Positions 23,801 to 35,800 of a stretch of 64,000 nt of DNA are shown here, piece by piece (position 1 is the first letter of the stretch; the number at the start of each line of letters is the position of its first letter). Made by a program: the position numbers and the translations under genes. The notes below the pieces were generated by a model. That model was not told the origin of the DNA, ran no database searches, and was given only the letters and a program-made list of their open reading frames with translations. The stretch comes from Laetmonice hystrix (taxonomy: Eukaryota). Where the stretch lies: assembly GCA_965235115.1 (NCBI GenBank), contig OZ249439.1, positions 22,940,001 through 23,004,000 on the forward strand, read 5' to 3'.

Positions 23801-26800
23801 TTATTGGCATGCCACCTTTTGTAAACATTACTGTGCTCCACAGACATGCACAATTATCCAGTGTTGCCCTTCATGCATGTGCCCCAGAGCGCCCCCCCCC
23901 CCTCTCCTTTTTAAATGTATTATAAATTCTTAGAAAAGTTTAGAAAAGTCCAGATCAAAAGAGTGACCCTTAGTCCCTGAAACATTATTTTGTTTGTATT
24001 TATTTACCTTTTAATTGAAAATGAAAAGCTGTTGTAAACGTGAAAACAGTTGTCACAAAATAAATGTATTTGGGACAGCATCACCTAACTGCTTGTAAAT
24101 GTGTTTTATCATATTTTATCCAGATGCATTAATTCTTCTGCATTTTATACAGAAGCATGTAAATGGTACTTCAAGTAGCATGCCAGCCACCTCTTTAGTA
24201 CTGCAGCACCATCAAGAATGGATCAAGCATCAATCGTTTGGACGTGGCTTGGAGTTTGAATATTTAATATCAACTGGGATAATGTGCAGCAATAATTCAT
24301 TTTACTTCACTATCCTTGTGAATCAGGTCCTGTGGCATGTGCTCAGTTTAATAATTTTGCATTTGTAATGAATATCTAGCAAGTAGTGAGGTTTGGGATT
24401 TTCTGTTTAAGCCCACACCAAAACGAGCCTGCTACGATCACTCAACAGTTCAGGACGCTTCGACAAGGAATGGCTTCTTCCAGAAACTAAGGACATGTTA
24501 GATAAACAGTGGGATCGTCAAAAACAGGCCATGATGGGTAGGACTCCTATCTTTTCTTATCTTATCTTATCATGGGACATGGCATGGAACCAATCTGTCT
24601 GTCCAAAGATGCCACCTTGAATGAATAAAACGTTCGGTGCAAGATCATTTCAGGATGCATTCATATCCCTTTAAATGTTATTGTATCATTAATTTTGGGT
24701 AGTAGTTCTTTACTATCTACGTCCTATGTTTTCATAAAGTTTTCACTTAAACTGTTTTAATTTCTATTTCACTTTCAGAGGAGGAAAAAAAACTGGAGAA
24801 ACGCTCAAGACGAAGAAAGAAAATCCTAGAGTAAGTAAACTGCAATGAATGGTTCAATATTTTGCAAGCAAAATAGTGTATATTGCCCAAAGTGAACCTT
24901 AATTCTGCCCAGTGAATGAAGTGACTTGACTTTTGCTTGCAGCCCAATGTCGCTTTCCTCCAAGAAGTGGCTGTCGATGAACGGTCTCTCCGCCCTGAAG
25001 CTGACCATCCTCGATGCCCTGGCTCCAACCTTTATCCCACATGAACCAAGTTATGTCCCTATCCTCAACAAACATGTCCTGTCCCGCGTCTTCGATGATG
25101 TAAGTACTCTGTGCATGTTTGCTGACTCTTACTACATGCCATCCATCCTCATTGTGGTTTTGTCTCTAAAATAAAATATGCCATGTATATGGCATTTATC
25201 TGCATGTAGATGTTACGCATTAAAGGAGTGTTGATTCTCTATAATTTTCCAGTGTAGTTCTGTCTGATCTGTTATAGATATTACTGCTCTGTCTGCTGTG
25301 TTGTTCATGTTATACATCTTGCTCTGTCTGCTGTGTTGTAGATAGTATACATCTTGCTCTGTCTGCTGTGTTGTAGATAGTATACATCTTGCTCTGTCTG
25401 CTGTGTTGTAGATAGTATACATCTTGCTCTGTCTGCTGTGTTGTAGATAGTATACATCTTGCTCTGTCTGCTGTGTTGTTCATGTTATACATCTTGCTCT
25501 GTCTGCTGTGTTGTAGATAGTATACATCTTGCTCTGTCTGCTGTGTTGTAGATAGTATACATCTTGCTCTGTCTGCTGTGTTGTAGATATTGCCTATTGC
25601 TCATGCCTCTGGACGCCGTAAGAGAATCAACCTCGTCAACCCTCAAGGTGTTGATCTCAAGTCCTACATAAGCCGGGTGGAGAAGGCAGAGCAACGTTAC
25701 TCCAAGTGAGTCTAAAGACGTTGACTGTTATCTTAGAAGTTGGATGCATAGGAGTAGAAGTGACATCCCCGTTCCTGGTTTCAAGTAAAAGTTGATATTT
25801 TGTAATGCCATCCCCAGTAGCTTATAAGTCGAAAAGTCATTGATTGTTTTCCATACACAGTAATTAATGTAATGTTTTCTTTTGTAGACGTCTGAATGCT
25901 ATTGTGTGGAACGCATTGTCTCAGGAAGATCGTGAAGAGTGAGTATAGAGTCGGTTCACCTTTTATTAATTTAGAAAATAGTACAAAACAGTTTTAAGGT
26001 GAAGAAATCTTTTTCATTCGCGCATTCCTTAGCAAAATTTGGTTCATCAAACTAGAACCAAAGGATATCAGTGAGTTTCTTCCAGGGATTTGAAATGCTG
26101 TTTTTCACTCAATCCGATGTTGTTTTGATAATTCAGGTTCGGTGAGAACCCAGTATCGTTTACTGAAAACCGAGCCAAATTGATGCAGGCCCTGGAGAGT
26201 TCTGGCTGGCGAATCAGGGAGCAGGATATTATTCTGCTAGAGTCTGAGATAAAACAGGCCCAGATCTACATCAGGCAGGCCCAGGATCTGCTGGACTCAG
26301 CCAAGCCGGGTAACGACGACGCCGAGAGTGTGACGTCAGAACAGAGCGGCGGCAAATCCGAGGTACAATCTCCACATTTATCCTACCGCTTAGTCTGAGC
26401 TGTATCCCCTAGATGGCGCTGTGCAATCATTGGTAGTATTAAGTGATATCTGTGGTCAACTTAGCAGCTACAGGTAGTTGTCAGTACATTCCTAATTTTA
26501 CATGATTTTGGAGGAAAATCTATAAATTTGGTGATGGAAATTTTGAGGGGAATCTGGCCAAAAAACAGCAGAGATATTAGAGTGATTCTATGAAAGCCAC
26601 ATAACAATAAATGGCCCGGAACATGATACTAATGCTCGATTTCTATTCGTTTCGGCAGTGTTGCTGTAAAATATAATTTTAATCAGTTATGGCTTAACTG
26701 CAGATATAGCGCCTGTAGAGTAATAAATCCTGCATGCAGCCAGTAATCAAGTCAACCTGTTTTATATATTTAGGTAGTGTTAGCATTTGTTTAGTAAAGT

Positions 26801-29800
26801 GTAGGAAAACCTGAATAAAATACTTGTAGAGGCTTGTGGACGTTGGTGGGCCTATACCACAAGAGTCAGCATTAGTTTAGATTCGATTATACACAAAGCA
26901 TTATTACATAGACATTTCACTTGCTACGTACATACCAGAGATTTCACCAGCAAGCCCACTAATTTAGAACAAACGTCTTTCAAAATTTGTACACTTTGGT
27001 CTAAGTGTGTCCACTGGAAGTATTAGGTATATGTCAACTTGTCTTTCAATTGATGAGACGTCACATGTTGAATTATAATATAGCTAGATAGTGCTGTCTT
27101 TGAGAGCTCTTCGAACACTTTTTGTGTGTGCTTATCAAGAAGATCTTTGAATGGACTCGTGGTGCTTAGTTTGTAGGCATTGTAGACATTGAAAACCTAG
27201 CGAGATCGTTGGACTCGGATCTGGGTGGGAACTTCTGTACATTGATAAGGTCTTGGACTAGGGTCTTTAGGCTGGACTGAGACGTCTCGACCTACCTAAG
27301 GTCTTTGTGCTGATTGGAAAGATTCGGATTATATTCTTGTGATTATTCTTGTGAGGGATTTACAGAGTACTTGTTTTCGAAAAAAGGAGCAGCACCTGCA
27401 GAGAAGGCAACATCATGAACATTAACAAAGCATTTATACAGAGGAAGGGATGCAATGAGCCCAGAAACATGAAGGTTACAGCATTAGCTTATCTTATCAA
27501 GAATTAACACTATAAACATAGTAATTAGAAGCAATGTTAGAAATGTTAAAAACGGTTAAACTAATCGCAAGGCCAAATACAGCCGATTCAAATTTTGAAT
27601 CCGCAGTGGGGTCACGGGTGTTACTCTAGTCTAGGTGTGCTGTGTCTTACGACGCAACTGAGTTGGTTTGCGTGCTGCTGTGATCCATCTACAATCGCCT
27701 CGTCGATATTAGCCAATTGCAGAGTAATATTATCGCAACAGCGTACGTGGCAACTCATTAGCACGGAAATGATAGTTTTAGACTCATAGCTTGTTATCTA
27801 CATCTGTGACAGTTTGTTTAGATCTGTGAAGTGGTCGTGTTAGTGTTTAGGTGATTCCATATCATTGACACACGTTTCAACCTATATGTCTTTCATATAT
27901 AGTCTACACCGTAGGCATGCAGTCAGAATATGGTCTCTGCTATTGGTCAGAGGTTTTGATTTTGTTTGTTCTTAGTGTACCATTAGGATTATATCTATTT
28001 TTAATTGTCTGAAAGACTAATGGAATGGAGTGATAATTTATAATCACTTAATCCGTCCAACATGCAAAAGTTCAAATTCTGCAGGAAAAAAGGAGTCGGA
28101 GAGTAAGACTGGTAAATTTGTGTAGATCACAGGTTGGCTCATATATTAACGTAGAGTACCAGTCGTAGATGGTGATATTCAGTCATTTGTGCAGTCTGTG
28201 AATAGGGAATGCCCTGCATTGTGTGGTAGGTACACTGTCAGACCTTGTTTATCTTGTAAACATACAGATTATTAAATCATTTTAAAGGGAGAATGACAGA
28301 AGAGGTTAGCGGGAAGAGTGTATGAATTAGGAGGTACCGTATATGGATTAATGAAGCATTAATTAATGAGGTCTGACTGTATATTACTGCCACAGGTAGT
28401 AACCTCCATATTGTAACTAAAATCAGGTGTGCAGTGATTTGCCTATGTATTGTAATGCAATTTAGTATTAAGTAGAAATCGACTTAGATTTCTTAAATTT
28501 GTAATGCAGGGTTTCCCCCAGCACTCAAAAACCTTTTTCAGGATTCTGCAGTACAACAAAATGAAGGCAGAAAGTCTTGTTTATTTTGTTCAAATAGTCC
28601 TGAAGCATTGCTGCAAACTGGGGGAACCCTGTGTTTGTCACATTAGCATTATTTTAAAGTAATTAATACAAAAATTGTTATTAATATAATGACTTCTGAA
28701 TTTAAAGATATATTAAGTGTAAATTTAATTATTTATATATATATGTTATGAATAAAGTGGATTAGATTATAATGCAATCATTGTCCTGTGTCTTTTGTTC
28801 AAAAACACAAAACAGGGTTCCCCTAAAATTTAATTCAAACATTACCTTTTGTCTTATACTTGATGTGTTACGTTACAGTGTTACAGTTTGAACTGTTTTC
28901 TGTTTTGTTTTTGAAATTTCACTCAAACAATAGGAAATTAAAAATGAATAGCCTCACAAGAGCAGAAAAGTGTGGAGTCTATGAAAATATCCATGATCTG
29001 TTCTTATAGCTATGATTTTACTGGGGGTTAGAATTGCATAAGCTTATCAAATTATAGCAGTCAGTTAATTTTCTGACAACCGCAGTTTTAACCACCCCAT
29101 TCAACAAATGCTGGACTGTCCATGACTGAAGTTCTCTAAGCTTTGGAAACCCAATTTGAATTTGGCAAAAGGCTTGATCTGTTTTTTCTCCTTTTAAAAA
29201 ATTTAATTTGATTTTACTGCAGGGTACTTCCCTTTTATTTATACCAAGGCCCTTTAAAATCTTTGATCGCTGCGAAAAAGGTTAATACGTATGGTTATTA
29301 ATAGCCAGAATTTCTGTGTCGTTCCTTGTCCGACACAGAATGACTTTGTTTCAGGGCTAGCCTCAGTTAGTACTAAGGTGACCAAGAAGGTGAGCTGATC
29401 TGCTCCATGTCCGAAAACACTAACATGCATGTGTCAAGTTGAGAACATTCTATAGCATGAAGCGGTGGACTGACTGACTAAGTCACTGGTATTTGCTAAC
29501 ATGCATGTCTGTTAACACTAACAAGTTATGGGAATGGCATTTTCTGCAAATTGTTAAAACAGCAGAAGGTGACTCGATGGAGGTATGGTAGGAAGATGTA
29601 CATGGATAACTTACGTAATTATCTGTAGAAGAAGCATAGCATAAGTCTGAGTAGGAGATGATGTACTTCTTAGCTTTATTAAAGTCAGACTTAAAAAAAG
29701 GTATGGGTCGGATTCCAAACTCAAACAGTATGCTCATAGACCAGTGTGAAACAAACGTCTGCCTCCCTTGTACCACACCTGTCGATTTTAACATTTTGTT

Positions 29801-32800
29801 TCTGATAACACCTTTAAAGTTTGATGGTGTTAAACTACATTTTGCTAGCCTATTGTCTGTCCCTTTGCTATTCAACCCCACCTCTTGAGGGTCCCACGCT
29901 ATACCAGGCTTCAATTTAGAGTTTAGCAATTCTTTAATTTCTCTTATTTAAACAGCATGCCATCAATAAAGTTGCATTTAGACTTTTGAAATAACAATCC
30001 AAAGCAATATCCGCTTTTTATCGGAGACTATGGCTGCAATGCAAGCAATGTCGCCATTCAGGTAACCTCATCTAGTAGGTACTCGCCACCATTTTACAGT
30101 TGATAAGGCTAAAGTTTGTCAGCGAGGGATGTTGAAATGCATGACATATTTGACTAACCTTTTCCAGTATTATTAGATTTATGGTTTCCACACAGTAGAA
30201 ATTGTAGACTTCAACAAGCACACTTCAAATACATGTTCAATGTACAATCTTGAAGCTTCAACATATGCACGATATGCACTCGATTTTTGGGAATTTTTGA
30301 AACAGTTTTGATATCAGATTTGTTACTTGTAATTTTATTACACTTTGCCCCCATGAAATTAGAGTCTTCTATACGTCAATAAGTACACGTGTGTCTTCAA
30401 TCACTACCAGAGATTTAATTTTCCTTGCAGAAGTCCAAAAAGTCTAAGGTTCGAACGAGACGGGTTCTGGATTTAATGAAAGGACAGCGTATAATAGGAA
30501 GAAATGAAGAGGATGGTTTCTATTACCCAGGTAAAGCTTGAATGTAGATATGATCAACTGGCCATGTTAATTATACACCTCATTTTATCTTTAGATTATT
30601 GATAATAATGTAATTACAAGTGGAATGTATTTTGTACCTTTTTTGGGGTGTAATAGGTACTGTATCCAAGTGCCCAGACATCAGACACGCCATTGTGGAA
30701 TACGATGAGATAGGCAAGCAGCGTTTGCCGTCACGGTTTGTCATCCCAATGTCTGGAGCGATTAGCATCCCGCATCTTATGGTAAGACTGTCTTCTGTTA
30801 AGACACCTCCCCTCCCCCCAAAAATTGTTACTTATACCAATCTTTAGATCCCCGGCCAAACCTTACGGTGATTAATTAGGTCTGTGTCCATTTCTGAATT
30901 CTGCCCAAATTACACCACCAAACCATAAGTAATATTAATGGCCTATTAAACCTTTCTTGATCATTTTTAAAGCCTGTTTGTTGCTGTGACAAATGTTAAG
31001 GATCCTATATAACTACAGGTTGGAGACTATGTGCTGGCCCGGGTGATTAACCAGGAGACTGGGTTCGAGTGTTATGTACCAGGAGTCGTACAGATGACCC
31101 CTAAAACCATCCAGGCCCACACCAAGTTTTTCACGGTTGTGCTCTACACGGGACAGAGTGTAAGTGTTACAGAATGCACAGACATTCCAACTCATGAGGG
31201 TTCACAGACTCTTTGAATCGATTAAAAAGTCTTAGAAAGCTGCAATTTGAAAAATGAACTGTACAAACCCGGTACATATGGGCCTGATACAAACTAACTA
31301 AACCCTGATGCCTTGGCTGAACAACATAAGGAGAGAAGGTTATGATTACAGCCGTATTCTAACACTGATTCCTTGACCTGCTCGTAGGATCACTTCCTGC
31401 GTGGATATCTTGTCAAGATCAGCAAAATGAGATACACCTTCCTTGTCCGCTACATCAATGAACTCTCCCCTGCTCGCGATGAAAGGTAATGCACTCTTAT
31501 CACGCCTATAATTTCTAATTGGTTCACACAAGCTAAGCAAGGGGTTCAGTTTGGAAATATTCTGTGTGTATAGGCTGAAAGTTTTTTAAATTTTGATGCC
31601 TGACTGCTTCACAGGAATTTGAGTGAACTAGTTTGGATCCACTCCTGCCTGCTTCTGTTGTATCTTTGTATGAAACAAACAGTAAAACACAGTTCTGACC
31701 TCAACAACGACATTTAACCAACTCCTGCACTCCCTGGGTGAGGTATCTGGTACGTAGAAATGCTGAAATATGCAGAAATGTACAAAAAAGATGCCGAAAA
31801 TCGGAAATACGACCGAAATATGCCAAAATAAATGTGCCGGCCTCATTCTAAGTAAGACTATAACATGGACTTATGCTTAGTATAGTGTGTGGGAGCATAT
31901 GGCCTACTACCCTAAAACTAAGCTTAAGGCCTACACCCCTGACCTTATCCCTGACCCCAGTCCCTACACCTCACAAAAACATATCCCTATCCTGACCTTC
32001 ACCGAAACCCCTACCCAAAGGTTTAATAAATCATTTTGTGGGGACGTTACCATGGGGAAATAACTAGTGGAGGGGTCGCCCTTTCAGTATTTCGACATTT
32101 CGGCTGGATTTCAGTATCTTTCAGCATATTTCGGTGTATTTCAATATTTCTACGCACCCTAAGGCATCTTTACACTCATCAACCAATATTTTCACTTTGT
32201 GTCTTTAACTGATGTCGAAGGAAGAGAAAGTGTGATCTTCATCCTTTTATACACAGAGTTACAAGATGTTGACCTCGCTATCTGAACACTTTTAATAACA
32301 GGAAATTTGTAATGGATGTGACAGGAAACTTCGGCTAGCTGAGCAGATTCTGAGTGGTCACCTCGGGCGGAGCGTGACCAGTGTACGACTCCCACCATAC
32401 ACCTCCACCTACACAACACTCAGGTCCCTCCGAACACCTCCTAAATGAGGGTCTAAGAACCATAGTGAGCCATCCCAAATTGGGATACTTTTGAGACAAG
32501 GCTACAGGGCTTTTAATACCCTCTGTCACCCCTGTAGAAAATGTACCGTACCTAACATCAACTGCACAGCTTTGATGTTTAGGGTTAGTCCATTACAGTA
32601 TAAACAGAACATGATTTTGTGCAACACATGTGGCACATTAAAAATGATGAGCTTCTATGGTTCTTAGGCCCTCAGATTTGACATTCCTAGCACAAATGAA
32701 CATGGGAGTTGTCGAGCTGGCGGCATACCAAGCGAACATTTTGAGGCACTTTAGTTTAGACATGTCAGATCAGAGTAAGAAATTATTGATCTGAGGTGTT

Positions 32801-35800
32801 TGTGTAAGCGCAGCTCTCCAACTCCGTATCCCAAACACTAGATCGTATCCCAGACACTAGATCGTTTCCCAAACACTAGATCATATCCCAGACACTAGAT
32901 CCAATAGATATAGTGTGGCCTTAGTGTGATGTTAGTAGAGGTATATTGCCAGAGTGCTTCTTAGGTACTGACTTGTTTTCTGCCAGATAGCGCAGGTTAT
33001 TAAAAGCTCCAACATTATTTGTGTACAGTAGGGTTTCTGTGCAGTCTATTAAACCGTAAATAGCATTTTTAAACGTAACCTCATGTAACCCCTGCAGAAC
33101 AAAATTTACAAGTTAAAACAGAAGGTGCCAAATGTACAGATTTTGATGAATTGCACATTGACATTGAAAAATGAAAGCATACGAATCTAGAATACTAACT
33201 AGAATAGTTTATACTCATGCTTTTCCAAGATTATGGTTGTAACAGTCATCAGTGTCGTATTGTGTCGCCGTGTTACCTGTATCTTGATAACCTCATTAGG
33301 CCCGTCAATATTCGATTACTGGTATTCACGCTCTCTCGTATTATAATCTTTTATTCTCAAACCCAGGCCACGACACTAGTCAGTGCCCCTTGTATCTTGA
33401 GACGCTAGAATGTCCAGGTTATGATGAGAGTGAAATAGGAAAAGAAGTATTGCAAACATTGATGGTCCCGTGCAGGTACCGGAGTTTACATGATGGAGCA
33501 GAACTTGACTGGGTGATTCAGTATTGTAGATTTCATTCGCTGTCCAACCTCGGCTCATTTTATACTGGTACCAGTAATTCAACACATATTATCTTGTTGA
33601 ACACCGACTACAGTGAGGAGGAGGAGGAAGTGGAGGACGATTATAATGAGGATGAGGAGGAATGCAGTGGGAGAAGGGTGCTTACCGGTAATCAGAAGGG
33701 TCGCAGGTCCCAAAGAAGGCGACGTGCCAGTAGTAGAAGGAGCAGCAGGTCTGATTCGTGCCATGTATCAGTTGTTGCATCCAGCATGGGCACGAGAAAT
33801 GTTGTTGTCATGGCCTCCTCCATGTAATGTCAATTGCAACACGTGCCATGTAATGCAACAAGCAATACTTTTTTGTTGTTGCGGCCTCTGCCAGGTGATG
33901 CAACATGCAACCCATTTTGTTGTTGTGGCCTCTGCCAGGTGATGCAACATACAATCCATTTTGTTGTTGTGGCCTCTGCCAGGTGATGCAACATGCAACC
34001 CATTTTGTTGTTGTGGCCTCTATCTGGTGATGCAACATGCAACCTATTTTGTTGTGGCATCCAGCATGATGACATCACACACCATTAAAATATTGGTTAT
34101 ATGTTGCATTAGTTAAAACTTCGTGGTATTGTGATTTTTAAACAATTGGTCATGAAAACTTTCATGAAAATTGGAAATGAATGCATTTGAAAGATATCTT
34201 AGTTATATATTTGCATTGCTAGAGAAATACATGTATACATGTACATTTCTGCAGTCTTGTCATAGTTCCTGTAGCTTCTTGCTGGAGTTATTGTAACGAA
34301 AGGGTGACATATAGTGACATTTGACCTTTTCTGCATGGTCTCAATGTGGTTTGCATGAGGTGAAGAATTTCATATGTCATACCTGTCAGCAGAAAATAAC
34401 AATTCTAAAGTGAGCGTTAAATAAAATTATAAACTAAATTGGCAAGATAGATGTAGTGGATGGTGATGAAACAGTTGGGTAATGCCCTGCATATATAAAT
34501 TTACAAGGGAAGTGATTGGATGTTATAAAAGTATAATTTGTCATTCTTTTAGAACAATTACACAATGATTTTGAAATGTCAGCAAAGTGAGCATTGGCAT
34601 TGTAATCAGTTTGTTTTCATTGACTACACGTAAAAAGCAGATTCCCTGACTGATATTCCTTGGTTTTGTTACAGTCCGGAAAGGTCAAGGTCACCATCTC
34701 CTGCGAGGACTCCATCTCCTGGTGAGGATAAGACACACAGTCCTTGTTAACTTCATAGTTTCTTGTACCTTTCTGGGGCCCGTCTTACTAAGGCTGGTTA
34801 TAATGAACCCTCGGGGCAATGCGAGCTTTGGGGTTGTATCTTTAACAAATCCCTTATAAAAGAAATACAACATGTATGTCTTATTTGTCCAAGGATGCTT
34901 CATCCTTTTCTTGAAAATGTTGTCAAAAGGCATACTTTTTTTTTTATAATTATTGAGTTAAGATGGATGAGAAACTGTATTGAAGAGGGTAGTAAATGCT
35001 ATGTTCCTTGAACCCTCTAGTACCATCAGAACAGCCAGAGGCCGATGATTCAGAGAGAGTTCGTCTGGAGAAGTGGCAGGCCCACCTGGAGGCCATGCAG
35101 AAGGAGCAGCGCCGAGCACAGAAGGTACCCCACCTGCCATGGGTTTAAACATAAGCTGGCATTGGGATTGTAAAATTTGATTTGGCAAAAGAAGAATCAT
35201 GTAGTGTTTGCATGTCTGACACTATAATTATGGCCTGTATCGTGTGGTTTTAGAAACTGCAGCGTCAGGCTCGTAAACTGGAGAAACTTAGAAAGAGAAT
35301 GAAGGACGGACGTGATGACAGCGAGCAGCGCCGCCTTCTGGAGTTAATCCTGGCTGAAACGAAGGTACGTTGTGTCTCTTGAAGTGTGGCTAGGAAAACC
35401 AAAATGTGGATGTGTATCTTTTAATCTATGTAAATGACCAGCTGTAAAAAAAGTTCTGTTTGTTCTTACCATTTTTGTTTGGCTGCAGACCAAGGAGGTG
35501 GACCGGACCAAACAGTGGGTAGTAGAGCAGAATGACCCTACCGTCGAGATTGCTATGGATGAAGAAAAGGGAGACATCCTCGTATCCAGTGGCAACAAGG
35601 GAATCCTCATCAGTGAGTGCAAAATACTCATCTGATCTGGAACCACATTGATTGACGTTGAAAATGATTTATAGATTCTCTGGATTCCATGATACATTGA
35701 TTCCGTGATGTCGGTAAGATGAATAAACTTTCTGCGGTTACAGGTCATGCGGAAGAGTCGTCTTGGTTGATCAAGTTGCGCATGTCCCTGTCAAATCTTC

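Noticed and set aside
25287-25589. Regularly spaced 35-bp repeats resembling a CRISPR array
   Set aside because: Units are contiguous with no unique spacers, there are no cas genes, and the context is a eukaryotic intron.
25213-25694. Repetitive minus-strand ORFs (…ILSTTQQTEQDVYYLQHSRQSK…)
   Set aside because: Translation of the 35-bp minisatellite; no coding evidence.
29483-29929. 148-aa minus-strand ORF in a VWA3B intron
   Set aside because: No recognisable motif or splice context, non-ATG start; a chance ORF cannot be excluded.
33768-34078. Overlapping Cys/His-rich ORFs
   Set aside because: Translations of the 44-bp minisatellite.
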